Assembly (NCBI GenBank): GCA_021786105.1
Contig: JAJYNW010000015.1
Location: forward strand, 18,752-82,751
Length of the DNA: 64,000 nt
Source: a bacterium
GTDB taxonomy: Bacteria; Patescibacteriota; Microgenomatia; Daviesbacterales; UBA10151
Direction: 5' to 3'
Of this stretch, positions 10,196 to 20,190 are shown piece after piece; within the stretch, counting starts at the first letter, position 1; every line of letters begins with the position of its first letter. A program made the translations under genes and the position numbers. The notes under the pieces were generated by a model. That model ran no database searches, was not told the origin of the DNA, and worked only from the letters and a program-made list of their open reading frames with translations.

Positions 10196-10306
10196 AATCT
10201 CAAATCTTAGATCTCAAATCGCAAATCTACATCTTAAATTTAAAAACTTTTAAAGCTTTGAGTTTTAAGTTGCAGTTTTGACCTTTGACATTTGAGATTT
10301 GAGTTT
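10196..10306. repeat. Heptamer-repeat hairpin, (TCAAATC)n followed by (GATTTGA)n
   Basis: Degenerate 7-mer tandem arrays in inverted orientation. Confidence 0.75.
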
Positions 10307-10320
10307 GTTATTTTATGGAG

Positions 10321-10513
10321 GTGGTATCTCAGGTCGAAGTTTCGACCCAAGAGATAATGGGAACCAGGTGCAAATCCTGGACTGTGCCGCAACGGTAATT
10401 GTTAGGGTTTAGGGTTTAGATTTCTTGCGATTTCTAAAAGCGCAGCTTTCAAGCTTTGCTTATACCCTATTGGCTATACCCTAGTCTCTAACATTAGTCC
10501 GGAGACCGACCAC
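10321..10513 (+). ncRNA. Cobalamin riboswitch
   Basis: GTGGT...ACCAC closing stem; core AATGGGAA-CCAGGTGCAAATCCTGG-ACTGTGCCGCAACGGTAA; B12-box-like AGTCCGGAGACCGACC. Confidence 0.8.
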
Positions 10514-10516
10514 GCT

Positions 10517-10593
10517 TAGTGACTAGTCGCTAGTGACTAGAGTCAAGTGTAATTTGCTTTTTCCAGACTCTAGTCACTCGATTCTAGATTCTA
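10517..10593. repeat. Heptamer-repeat hairpin, TAGAGTC/GACTCTA family
   Basis: Left arm matches the 23019/23405 repeat at 30 of 33 nt; inverted right arm CAGACTCTAGTCACTCGATTCTAGATTCTA. Confidence 0.8.
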
Positions 10594-10617
10594 TTTTAAA
10601 TCCCGTGCAGGAGCCAT

Positions 10618-11556
10618 ATGCCAGTATCAGAACGAGAACGAACAGCTATTGCCAATATTGCAGGTTGGAGAAACACCGCCCCTGCTCAATTTGCAGAAGA
10701 ATTAGCCTCTTTAAGTTTGGAAACTCATAGAATTGCAGACCCCTATTCTTATTTGATTACAGCGAAAGGAGAATTGTTTTCACCTACAGCTAGATGTCTG
10801 ATTAAAGATACCATCGATGATAAAACTAGTTTGTTAGGTAGATTAGAATACCAAGCTGTTTTAGTCACTGAGCAATGGGTAGCTAACAATAATGAGGGAG
10901 TAAGTATTTGGGTTAGCCCACCAAAAAAAGGAATATATCCCACCTCTAAAATAATTGTTCAGGAAATAGTGCATGAAGGCGGAGTGAAGAAATTATTCAA
11001 CCGGGCCATTGTTTTGGATTTTAACGAAGAACAATGTATGAGGTTTGCTTGGAATCTGACTAGTTTTAGCCACAATAAGCCTATTTTCAGAGACTTGGAT
11101 GAGATTAGAGCTATTCCTTTAGTATTGAATACTCAAAATAAATCTTGGATTGATATCTTGGAAAAATTAATTGATGTTCCGAAAGTTTGGGCAATGATTC
11201 GAAACGGAGAAGATAAGCAGTATAAAAAAGAGACCCTCAGGCAGGCTGTAATAGTCCAAAAGCAGTTCTTTACTGATTCCAGGCTATCTTATTCAGATGA
11301 AGCAAAAATAGCCGTTATGCAAATGCTAGGGTCAAAATCCGGCAGTTGTCCGCCGCGATCTGGTACTCAGGGCAGAACAGCTTTTCAAGCTATTGCCGGT
11401 TCTGCCGTGACAGTTGGCAGTGGAGGGGGATTGGTCGAATCAGATCAATATGGGTCTTTGGAGTTTGAGTGCCCAAAGTGCAAGAAAACAAATACCAGAC
11501 CAAAGGGTCAACTAATACCAAACTGCCAGCATTGCGGGCAAGATGTCCGTTGTTAG
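10618..11556 (+). CDS. Hypothetical protein with C-terminal zinc ribbon
   Basis: 312 aa ending in CPKC...CQHC; GGAG precedes the ATG. Confidence 0.75.
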   Translation: MPVSERERTAIANIAGWRNTAPAQFAEELASLSLETHRIADPYSYLITAKGELFSPTARCLIKDTIDDKTSLLGRLEYQAVLVTEQWVANNNEGVSIWVSPPKKGIYPTSKIIVQEIVHEGGVKKLFNRAIVLDFNEEQCMRFAWNLTSFSHNKPIFRDLDEIRAIPLVLNTQNKSWIDILEKLIDVPKVWAMIRNGEDKQYKKETLRQAVIVQKQFFTDSRLSYSDEAKIAVMQMLGSKSGSCPPRSGTQGRTAFQAIAGSAVTVGSGGGLVESDQYGSLEFECPKCKKTNTRPKGQLIPNCQHCGQDVRC

Positions 11557-11564
11557 TGGTATAA

Positions 11565-11828
11565 TTGGGATCTATGAAAACCTCCAAAGATTTACAGTTT
11601 AAAGTTCTTATAGAACAAGATGAAAATGGGCTGTATGTGGCTTCAGTTCCTGAGCTTCCTGGTTGTTACACTCAAGGGAAAACTTTGGAACAAGTTAGAA
11701 GAAGAATCAAAGAGGCGATAGAATTGGTATTAGAAGCAGATGAAGATTTAAAGAAAGAGAAAATACAATCTTCGAAATCTCCACAATTCTTCGGCATAGA
11801 AGAAGTGACGATTCGAGGCTATGCCTAA
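11565..11828 (+). CDS. hicB: HicB-family antitoxin
   Basis: IEQDENGLYVASVPELPGCYTQGKTLEQ...IKEAIEL; the true start may be the ATG at 11574. Confidence 0.9.
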   Translation: MGSMKTSKDLQFKVLIEQDENGLYVASVPELPGCYTQGKTLEQVRRRIKEAIELVLEADEDLKKEKIQSSKSPQFFGIEEVTIRGYA

Positions 11829-11907
11829 ATTATCTCCTATTTCAGCTAAAGAGTTAATTAAAAATTCTACTTTTAGGAAGTTCTATGCTGGAAATATTAA
11901 TACTTGA
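11821..11907 (+). pseudogene. hicA: Truncated HicA toxin remnant
   Basis: Overlaps the hicB stop and begins MPKLSPISAKELIK, a HicA-type N-terminus. It then runs into unrelated sequence and stops after 28 codons. Confidence 0.65.
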
Positions 11908-11932
11908 CAAAAAGTATTACTTTTTGTATATT
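11904..11932 (+). promoter_or_regulatory. Sigma70-type promoter
   Basis: TTGACA-17 nt-TATATT, 7 nt upstream of the GTG at 11940. Confidence 0.6.
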
Positions 11933-11939
11933 AGTAATT

Positions 11940-13094
11940 GTGAAAAGGAAGCTATTCCAGCAAATTACAGCCAGAATGGAGGCGCCGGAAGCGATTGTTG
12001 TAACCGGCATGCGCAGAGTTGGGAAGACAACACTAATTAAGCAGGTATATGATAGTCTAAATACTGCCAATAAGATTTTTCTTGATTTGGAAAACCCTGT
12101 TAACCAAAAGTACTTTGAAGAAGTAAATTACGAAGCAATCAAATACCGATTCCAAACCCTTGGTATAGATTTATCCCAAAAGGCTTATATCTTTTTGGAT
12201 GAAATTCAATTTGTCAAAAATTTACCCTCGGTTGTTAAATATCTGATGGATCATTATCAAATCAAGTTTTTCTTAACCGGCTCCAGCTCTTTTTACTTAA
12301 AGAATTTATTTTCCGAATCTTTGGCAGGCAGAAAAATAATTTATGAGTTATTTCCTTTAGATTTTGAGGAATTTTTGCTTCTTAAGGGCAGTCATATTGT
12401 TATACCTGAAAAAAATGTCAGTGAATCTATTTATCAGACAATTATTCCTTTATATAAAGAATATATAGAATTCGGGGGGTTTCCGGGGGTTGTTGTGAAA
12501 TCATCTCCTAAGGAAAAGCAGGAGGCATTAATGGATATATTCAGCGCTTATTTCAATAAAGAAGTTTTAAGTATTGGCGGTTTTCGGAATAATCAGGCGG
12601 TGAGGGATTTAATGCTGCTCCTGATAAGCAGGATCGGTAGTAAAGTTGATGTGCAAAAATTATCTGCCGAACTAGGAATATCAAGGATAACTGTCATGGA
12701 ATATCTGGCATTTTTGGAAGGGACATATTTTATATCGTTGTTATCACCATATTCTACCAATAAGGATACAGAAATAAGAGCTGCTAAAAAGGTATACTTT
12801 TGCGATAGTGGTTTAGTCAATAGTATACAAAATACCCCCTTTGGTAACCTTTTTGAAAATACAATCTATAATCAATTGCGAACTCGGGGAGAAGTAAATT
12901 ATTACCAGCGAAAGAGTGGAGTAGAAATAGATTTCATTCTTAATAAACAGGAAGCATGGGAAGTAAAGACAAAAGCTGACAGTCATGATTGGATTAAGCT
13001 GCAAAGATTGGTCAAAGAGCTTAAGTTAAAAGAGGGGAAAATAGTTTCTTTTGAATATTCTCAAGCTAATGTTATTTATGGATTTCAAATCTAA
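11940..13094 (+). CDS. AAA_14 / DUF4143 ATP-binding protein
   Basis: GMRRVGKTT, FLDEIQ, TGSSS, ESLAGR, GGFP, KVYFCDSG and EIDFI...EVK. Start moved to GTG 11940 because the TTG at 11904 is the -35 box. Confidence 0.9.
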   Translation: MKRKLFQQITARMEAPEAIVVTGMRRVGKTTLIKQVYDSLNTANKIFLDLENPVNQKYFEEVNYEAIKYRFQTLGIDLSQKAYIFLDEIQFVKNLPSVVKYLMDHYQIKFFLTGSSSFYLKNLFSESLAGRKIIYELFPLDFEEFLLLKGSHIVIPEKNVSESIYQTIIPLYKEYIEFGGFPGVVVKSSPKEKQEALMDIFSAYFNKEVLSIGGFRNNQAVRDLMLLLISRIGSKVDVQKLSAELGISRITVMEYLAFLEGTYFISLLSPYSTNKDTEIRAAKKVYFCDSGLVNSIQNTPFGNLFENTIYNQLRTRGEVNYYQRKSGVEIDFILNKQEAWEVKTKADSHDWIKLQRLVKELKLKEGKIVSFEYSQANVIYGFQI

Positions 13095-13204
13095 GTATAT
13101 CTAACTTCAAATTCGTCAGGATTTTAACAGAATTAAATCAAGCGCATTCGCTTCGCTCAGTGTAAACTTCTCAAAGAAAGGCAATATAAGAGGGAGGAAG
13201 AAAG

Positions 13205-13411
13205 ATGAAAGAAAAAATATCCAGTGAGATAAATAGCGTTATGAGTACGGGCACGGAATATACTGCTCAAACGTTTAAAAGCGCTCTTTATTTGGCTGAG
13301 TCAATAAGGAGAAGTTTTTGGGGGGAAACAATATTGGAGCGGAGTGGAGGTAGATGGGTGCCGCGGACAGTTAAACCAGGGATAAGACATCTAAGGAGTA
13401 TTATTCGTTGA
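13205..13411 (+). CDS. Small hypothetical protein
   Basis: 68-aa ORF preceded by GGGAGG. Confidence 0.4.
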   Translation: MKEKISSEINSVMSTGTEYTAQTFKSALYLAESIRRSFWGETILERSGGRWVPRTVKPGIRHLRSIIR

Positions 13412-13436
13412 CACAAATTTTAGGAAGTTCTATACT
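13408..13436 (+). promoter_or_regulatory. Near-consensus sigma70 promoter of the 1434-aa gene
   Basis: TTGACA-17 nt-TATACT. Confidence 0.7.
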
Positions 13437-13475
13437 GGAATTAGGCCATAGAATTTCCGATGAAAGAGGAAAACT

Positions 13476-16400
13476 ATGGCACAAATTGAAAGTTATAACC
13501 CTGAGCGAAGTCGAAGGGAAAGAATTATGGCAGAAAGTAGTGCAATTCCAGAAGGAGCCCGTGATGTCCCCAAAAACCAATTAGTAATAGTGGGCCCAGG
13601 TGGTGAATACCGGGGACAATATAGACCTCCAGAAACGCCAAAGCCTCCTGAAGACCGTTTACTTCCAAGAAGGGTGGAAGAAGAAATAGCAGAAAGAGGA
13701 GGTAGTGAGTTTGAAAGAGCCAGATTGCTTTACGACCATTACATGGGATTACCTCTCCCTATTGAGCAAGGGCTAAGAGATGAACTTCAAAGACGCCAAG
13801 CGCAAAGAAGAGCAGAGCTTGAGCGATTAGAACAGGAAGCCGAAAAACACCCGGCTCAACCAGTGAAATTAATTACCAGAGAAATGCTGAGATCTTATAA
13901 AAGAATTAAGGAAACCAGGATCCGCGAATTGCAGGGTGGAGGAAGAGAGGATGCCATAGAACGGGAAAGAAGTAGGGGAGAATTGCAGGAAAGAATATTT
14001 GAAGATTATACTGAACTTGCTTCAGAGAGGAGTATTCTTGCCGGCTTAGGACGCTACTTATGGGATGGTTTTCATACGGCAGTTGTTAATAATGAAAAAG
14101 GTATAACAGGTTTAACTCTTAAAAATCCTTTTGCAGAACGATTTTTTGAAATGATTAAACGGATGAGGCAAAGGGACAGGATGAGTACGAAAGAAAGCAG
14201 ATATTTTCAGGTTGAATCATGGTATGGTGGATCTACAATCGTGATGTTTACCTGGCCTGAAAGCGCCCGGGATATGATCATTACTACCATGGATTGGATG
14301 AAAGATCGTATAGCAGATATAGGTCAGCGCGATCCGGGAACAGCAAGTAAAGAATTTGAGGAAATGAGGTCACTTGGCCCTAATCTTTTGAAAAATACCC
14401 GTATCCGCATTAACGATGAACCAGTTTTGGTGGCAGAGCATGGGAAGATTCAGGAAACAAACCCGGATTACTTAAGAGCAAGAGCCCTTAGCGAAGGTCC
14501 GCCCGATGTCTTTGCCACTGAGATAATTACAAAAAAGGGCAATACTGAATTTGGGCCACAAGCTAAAGAAAGATTTGCTGCCAAATTTATTGAGAATTTC
14601 AATGCCATGTTTTTAGAAAATAGATCTGCAGCTTATTTGATGCACAGATTAAGAACATACAAAGATGGTACTTATTGGACCGGTCATGATTGGCATGCCG
14701 ATAAAGTGAAAGAAGGGGATATCAAAGATTACCGGGCAAAAATACAGGAAGAGCTGATGGGTGAAGCTGCTACTCTTGATTTCTTTACTGAAACTATTTT
14801 TGTCAATAACCAAGACCTTTTTCAGGATGTGATTCAAGGAAAAGATATTGGGGAAACAGCGGAAAATGTAGAAGATGTGAGGTTAGCTTATAAAGGCTTT
14901 TTTGAACTCAGAGAAAGGAACGGTTTGCAGTATAGTATTAATGATCCTCTAGAAAGATTACTGTTAGATCCCGGAGATGTAATAAGACAAAGAATTAAAG
15001 CTACAGGAGATGCTGAGGCTTTAAAAAGGCATGATGTGCGTGTAGCAGTTTTCAGAAGAACAAAAGAATTATTAGACAGAAGAGAAGGCTTTGACTTTAT
15101 TAGCATGGCAGAAATATATAAGTTGGAGAAGCGTATGAGACGGCCGCTTTCAGATGAAGAACTGGCCGATTTAGCAGAAGTACATAAAGATGTTATCCGT
15201 GCACAGTTGCAGCAAACTCTGCAATCTCAGGGACAAGATCCTGATCAGAATAAAGATTGGATTGAACAAAGCATTATAGAAGTTAAAGAAAGCAGAAAAC
15301 AGGAGGCTATTAGGAGTAGGATACGCGCTCGGGTAGAGGAGATTAGCCGGGGAAAAAGCTATTTTGCAGAAACTTGTGCAGAAACATTAATACGGTTTGA
15401 TCAAGCTAAGAAGGCTGGTGATTTAGCAAAATGTGATCAAATAGCCTGGGGATGGGTTAAAGATTATAACAGCAAGCTTATTCGATCTCATTTACCAAAA
15501 TGGTACCCGAGCGGTTGGGATAAAGTCAGACTAAAAATAGACAGAGCGGCTAAAGTGATTGACCGTTCTTTAACAGAGGAAGAGAGGGAAGCAATGTATG
15601 AAACAGCATATCTGCCCGAGGGAAATGATGAGGAGTCAATAGCAAGAAGACTTGACCTTATTGCAGGCCGCGGAGAAGAAGCGAGATTTGGTTTTGAGAT
15701 GGCCAGAGTCTTTTCACCGTTCTTGATGGAGTCTTCTTTGTTAGGAGGCATGAGAATCAGAATGGTGATGAAAAAAGGACCACATGCTGGAGAATATATT
15801 GGCAGGCTGGATGATGATGAAACCAGCGTGTTGTGTGGTCTTATTAAAGGAAGGGTAAATCCTCAAACGCGTGAAGTTGAGATTGAGAAAGATGTCAATG
15901 GTGAAGCTATTATTATAGATCCTGAGAGAAAAAGTATCCGTATTTCGGACATACTTGAGGCTCGGTTGGCCAAAGCTATTGCCGACGAGGAACACGAAAT
16001 AGAACCTTTCAGGTTAGCTAAACATCAGGCATTGACAGCCATGTACAGGGCTGAACTATCTGGCAATCAGGCAGAAATGGCTGCGGCACACCAAGCTTTG
16101 GATAAAGCAGCCAAAGATTTAAGAGAAAAACTATGCGACTGTCAATTTATAGTCACCCATGCTTTTAAAGCAAAAGGTTTAGTTAATGGTAGATGGCCAA
16201 CATGGCCACAGGCATCAGCTTTGGATAATTCTGGAATTAAGTTGTTTGGAGAAATCTTAGCAGAATACGGAGTAGAGGTAGCTCCAGGCCTGCCTTTTGC
16301 AGACTATAAGAGCGAAATTTATGAGTATTTGGAAAGAGAAAGAAGAGGCCAGTTTGCAGAGATGGATCGGGCAAATCAAGAGTTTATGGAAGATAAATAT

Positions 16401-17780
16401 CCTATTTATGAACGTGACGAGTGGACCGGAGAGATTATTATGGATCCGGTGTTTGAGAATGGCGAGCCCAAGAAGGATCAACAAGGGAAAACGGTTATGG
16501 CACCAAGACCAGCTATATCCATATTTACCATGTCTGATCCCTGGGGCGAGCCAGGGCCGATGTCTGACCGGCCGCGGGTGGTAAATAAAGGAGACTGGGC
16601 AGAGAATACCATGGTCACTGAAGCAGAGTATAATATCTCTACTAGCGGCGGAGTGAAATTCCCTGAATTTATCCGCTATGCCAGCATTCGCTTTTTACCT
16701 TTAGGAATATCGGGGCTGGGTTCCCCAGGCCTTTGGGATTTGAATAATTTCATTAAAGGAAGGAATGAAGTTGAATTCCATAAGCAAAAATTGTTTGATC
16801 CAACAGACATGCCCAAAAATGCCAGAGCGCAGGCTGCAGCCTATAAAGCCCGGATAGCTTTAACAGGCGGCAGTTTAGGTGAAGGCCAATTCACCCCAGG
16901 ATTTTTAAATGAACCATTTAATGGTGCATTTACTATTGCCGATTGGCTCCGTCAAATAGCCACCAATCAAGCTGGTTTTGATGCTTACAAGATGGAGAAA
17001 ACCCAACTGTATGTAAAGAAAATGGAAGCTATGAGGAATGGAGAGACTCTCAAGGAGGGGGAACTAGAGGAATTAAGGCAACTAACTTACGAAGATTATT
17101 TTGTTCTCATTAAACATAAGACTATTGCAGATGAGTTTTATCAAACCACCTATAAGACTTTTGGCAATTTCGTTACTTGGCTTAAAGCTGAAAAGGAAGT
17201 TGAGCAAAACCGGATTGGTAATGCTCCAAGGAACTATGCTTATGATAATACAAAACGCTGGTATGCCTTTAGAAAACTGATGCGCGAATCCATGCACAAA
17301 GGCGAGCGGGGTTTTATTCAAAGGTTAGGTTATTCTCCTGAGATAGCTAGCGAGCTTTCCTTAAGAATGTTAGAAACCGGTATGCAGGATGCAGATTACT
17401 TGATTTTAAGGGATTATGAGAGGGAAAGATTGGCTCAGGAAGGATCATTAATACTTTCTAAAGTCTTAATTGATGCAGAAAAACAGAAAGGACTTTCATT
17501 ATTAGATGAGACAACATGGGAAGATCAACGTGCCGAGGTAAAAAAAGCTTTGGAAACAGTCAGAAGAAGAGGCTTGCTGGAGTTTATGAGAGAAGAAGGA
17601 TTTTCATGGTATTCAAAAATTGAAGGGGTAGAAAAAGGGCGATATAAACGCGAAGATAAATTTTATTTAGGGGAAAGAGTACCTGAAGCAGTTAGGAAAA
17701 ACGGTAATATGATTACAAATTATGAACGCCGGGTAATGAGATCTGCAGAGTATCAATATCAACCACCTGTCACACCGTAG
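13476..17780 (+). CDS. Large (1434 aa) charged hypothetical protein
   Basis: Long uninterrupted ORF with its own promoter and GAGGA RBS; no signal peptide, TM helix or recognisable motif. Confidence 0.85.
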   Translation: MAQIESYNPERSRRERIMAESSAIPEGARDVPKNQLVIVGPGGEYRGQYRPPETPKPPEDRLLPRRVEEEIAERGGSEFERARLLYDHYMGLPLPIEQGLRDELQRRQAQRRAELERLEQEAEKHPAQPVKLITREMLRSYKRIKETRIRELQGGGREDAIERERSRGELQERIFEDYTELASERSILAGLGRYLWDGFHTAVVNNEKGITGLTLKNPFAERFFEMIKRMRQRDRMSTKESRYFQVESWYGGSTIVMFTWPESARDMIITTMDWMKDRIADIGQRDPGTASKEFEEMRSLGPNLLKNTRIRINDEPVLVAEHGKIQETNPDYLRARALSEGPPDVFATEIITKKGNTEFGPQAKERFAAKFIENFNAMFLENRSAAYLMHRLRTYKDGTYWTGHDWHADKVKEGDIKDYRAKIQEELMGEAATLDFFTETIFVNNQDLFQDVIQGKDIGETAENVEDVRLAYKGFFELRERNGLQYSINDPLERLLLDPGDVIRQRIKATGDAEALKRHDVRVAVFRRTKELLDRREGFDFISMAEIYKLEKRMRRPLSDEELADLAEVHKDVIRAQLQQTLQSQGQDPDQNKDWIEQSIIEVKESRKQEAIRSRIRARVEEISRGKSYFAETCAETLIRFDQAKKAGDLAKCDQIAWGWVKDYNSKLIRSHLPKWYPSGWDKVRLKIDRAAKVIDRSLTEEEREAMYETAYLPEGNDEESIARRLDLIAGRGEEARFGFEMARVFSPFLMESSLLGGMRIRMVMKKGPHAGEYIGRLDDDETSVLCGLIKGRVNPQTREVEIEKDVNGEAIIIDPERKSIRISDILEARLAKAIADEEHEIEPFRLAKHQALTAMYRAELSGNQAEMAAAHQALDKAAKDLREKLCDCQFIVTHAFKAKGLVNGRWPTWPQASALDNSGIKLFGEILAEYGVEVAPGLPFADYKSEIYEYLERERRGQFAEMDRANQEFMEDKYPIYERDEWTGEIIMDPVFENGEPKKDQQGKTVMAPRPAISIFTMSDPWGEPGPMSDRPRVVNKGDWAENTMVTEAEYNISTSGGVKFPEFIRYASIRFLPLGISGLGSPGLWDLNNFIKGRNEVEFHKQKLFDPTDMPKNARAQAAAYKARIALTGGSLGEGQFTPGFLNEPFNGAFTIADWLRQIATNQAGFDAYKMEKTQLYVKKMEAMRNGETLKEGELEELRQLTYEDYFVLIKHKTIADEFYQTTYKTFGNFVTWLKAEKEVEQNRIGNAPRNYAYDNTKRWYAFRKLMRESMHKGERGFIQRLGYSPEIASELSLRMLETGMQDADYLILRDYERERLAQEGSLILSKVLIDAEKQKGLSLLDETTWEDQRAEVKKALETVRRRGLLEFMREEGFSWYSKIEGVEKGRYKREDKFYLGERVPEAVRKNGNMITNYERRVMRSAEYQYQPPVTP

Positions 17781-17809
17781 TCCATTGGTGTAGTTAGACC
17801 ATAAATCAA

Positions 17810-19639
17810 TTAAGTAATGGTATTCTGTGTTTTTGACGTTTGTTGTTGAGGCTTTCTTTTAAATGGCCAGGGAGGAGTCCAATCCATCTCTCTTGCTTTT
17901 GTTAAACCAGGTTTTCCAGTATATGGTACCCATTTCATTGAATCCTTATCTCTTATAAATTGTGTTTCTCCAAAGACACTTGTTTTAGCCCCTTGGCCCC
18001 AGTTAAGACCGCCCATATAGGTTCTTTGGGCATAACCCTGGCCGCGGCCAAAGCCGCCCATTACTTCCTGTCCGATTGCCGCTCCTGCCTGGCCGCCCCG
18101 CCCAATAGTTTTGGTTACGATATCAGGGATTGTGGGAAGTGCCATTAGAGCTCCAAACGCCAATAAAATTCTTACGAAACTAAGATCCATCCCTCCCAGC
18201 AGTGGGAAGGTGGTGGTGTCCACGATACCTCTGCCGCTGCCGATCTGGGCATAGGCCGGGGAGATTAAGTTCCCGCCGCTTGGTTGACTAGAGCCGGCAA
18301 CTTTAAACAGGCATTTGTTTAGGTCTTTGTCAGGGCAGTGCGGGGCTAAATCAGGCCCCATGATGAATGCCACAAAATAGAGTACTGCCACGACGGCCGG
18401 GAATATCAAAATATTGCCAATCATATTTAAAACCCAGCCTGTTGCCATCCCCTGTCTGCCCGGTAAAGAGGCAATAAGAAATTGAAATGGGGCGCTGATA
18501 GTTAAGAAAATAATTGTCAGCCAGGCCATAATTAAACGTAGCAGCAGTTTGATCATTTGATAGATTAAAGCTAAAGCAGCGGCAAAGCTTAAAAAGTATC
18601 CTAGGAAAAACGGTAAGGCCACATTAGCCGTAACTCCTCCAAGTAGACTTAACACCGGACCTGCAATTAAGCCCCAGGGTGGCGGGATGCCACCAGCAAT
18701 GGGCATTAAGAATTGGGCAGAAAGCCAAAAAACCACGATTCTTAGTGGATTTATAGCATCTCCCAGATTGCTGATGATACTATTGGCCACACTTTCTGCT
18801 CTGTCTCGGGTCACTACTCCTGTTAGTGGGGACATGAGGCTGAGGATATTTTGATTAGAGAGTTTCTGTGTCAAATTTAATTGTTCTTTAAACTCGCCAT
18901 TATCTAACTTTCCCTGAGCAGCTACAAAATAATAACCTACGACATTCGTTCCGACAAATGCCATGTCAGAGATCAGGCCGGCTAAAAAGTAGGAAAAAGT
19001 AATCATAATCAGGCCGATGACTAAACCCGGTAAAGCAGTTTGGGCAGTAATGACTGTTTGCGGATTGATTTTATTCCTAAACATAATCATCAGTCCGATG
19101 ACTAAAAAGACTATAATCATGATGACATAAGCAATATTTCTGGATACTTGCCAAAGGGTTAAAATGGGGTTTAACACTGCTGCTCCTGATCCAACCACCT
19201 GGGCATTGGCTGTTTTGACAATGCCTAAACCTTGTCCCACTGAAGCTAAATAATCAGCGGTTCTGACTGGCGGATTTTGGTATAACATTCCGATTAAGTT
19301 GGTAGTAGTTCCTAATACACCTCCGGAAGTATTAACCTGGGATAATACCGGGATGCTTTGAATCATACCCTGAGCATTTTTAGTCACTTGATAAGTTAAG
19401 CATGGTTGGCCGATGACCGATTGCCCGATGGCCAAACAGGAAAAAGAATGGAATAAGTTATTGACTAACAGGTCAGTATAGAGAGGGGAAGTAGGGCTAA
19501 TAGTAGTTGGCAGTTGGGTAACAGTTGGGGTAACAGGGGTGGCAGGCATAGCAGCAGGAGTAGCGGTCGCAGCATAAACAGGAGCAGTAAGGAATAGATA
19601 ACCAGCAGTTAGCAGTAGGGCAAGGATCCGGGCAAACAT
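17810..19639 (-). CDS. VirB6/TrbL-like polytopic membrane protein
   Basis: Signal peptide, LWQVSRNIAY...GLMIMFR...ITFSYFLAG, many TM helices and a Gly-rich tail; lies downstream of the pilin array. Confidence 0.7.
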   Translation of the reverse strand: MFARILALLLTAGYLFLTAPVYAATATPAAMPATPVTPTVTQLPTTISPTSPLYTDLLVNNLFHSFSCLAIGQSVIGQPCLTYQVTKNAQGMIQSIPVLSQVNTSGGVLGTTTNLIGMLYQNPPVRTADYLASVGQGLGIVKTANAQVVGSGAAVLNPILTLWQVSRNIAYVIMIIVFLVIGLMIMFRNKINPQTVITAQTALPGLVIGLIMITFSYFLAGLISDMAFVGTNVVGYYFVAAQGKLDNGEFKEQLNLTQKLSNQNILSLMSPLTGVVTRDRAESVANSIISNLGDAINPLRIVVFWLSAQFLMPIAGGIPPPWGLIAGPVLSLLGGVTANVALPFFLGYFLSFAAALALIYQMIKLLLRLIMAWLTIIFLTISAPFQFLIASLPGRQGMATGWVLNMIGNILIFPAVVAVLYFVAFIMGPDLAPHCPDKDLNKCLFKVAGSSQPSGGNLISPAYAQIGSGRGIVDTTTFPLLGGMDLSFVRILLAFGALMALPTIPDIVTKTIGRGGQAGAAIGQEVMGGFGRGQGYAQRTYMGGLNWGQGAKTSVFGETQFIRDKDSMKWVPYTGKPGLTKAREMDWTPPWPFKRKPQQQTSKTQNTIT

Positions 19640-19686
19640 AAAGATATACTAACAGTAAAACAAACCACCATACTTTGCAACTCTTT

Positions 19687-20127
19687 TCAGGGCTTAAATG
19701 GACCGCAGAACCAGTTGGTGGAGTCGCCGCATAAAGCTTTCATGTTAAAAACTGTGACAGGTTGATTTGTGAAGCCGGCAATCAGCTGTAAAATAATCCA
19801 CGCTACAGCCATAAAAAGTACTCCTAAAATGGCCCATGACAGAGTGTAGTGGGCAGCCTGGAGGGCTTTAGGTTCCCCGCCGGAGGTCAGGTATTTAAAT
19901 CCGGCAACAAGCAGTACCATGAGCATGGCAATAAACCCCAGGCCAACTACTACAGACAGGACATTGCCAACTGTTCCTTCGATTTCATTTAATCCGGCCG
20001 GGCAGGGACCATATTTGGCAATTGAGGCAGCATCAGAAGGGCAGGGCGAAGGAACAGGATTTGCTGCGTAGGCCGGAGAAACAAAAAAAGCCAAGATTAA
20101 AGTAAAGAGCAGCAATATCTTCATCAA
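19687..20127 (-). CDS. VirB2/TrbC-like T4SS pilin
   Basis: Signal peptide; TM-GFKYLTSGGEPKALQAAHYTLSWAILG-TM. Confidence 0.8.
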   Translation of the reverse strand: MMKILLLFTLILAFFVSPAYAANPVPSPCPSDAASIAKYGPCPAGLNEIEGTVGNVLSVVVGLGFIAMLMVLLVAGFKYLTSGGEPKALQAAHYTLSWAILGVLFMAVAWIILQLIAGFTNQPVTVFNMKALCGDSTNWFCGPFKP

Positions 20128-20190
20128 TTAATCATTATTCACTAATGTTAAATCATTTGCAATGGCTGGAAGATCAAATGAAATTTGGTA

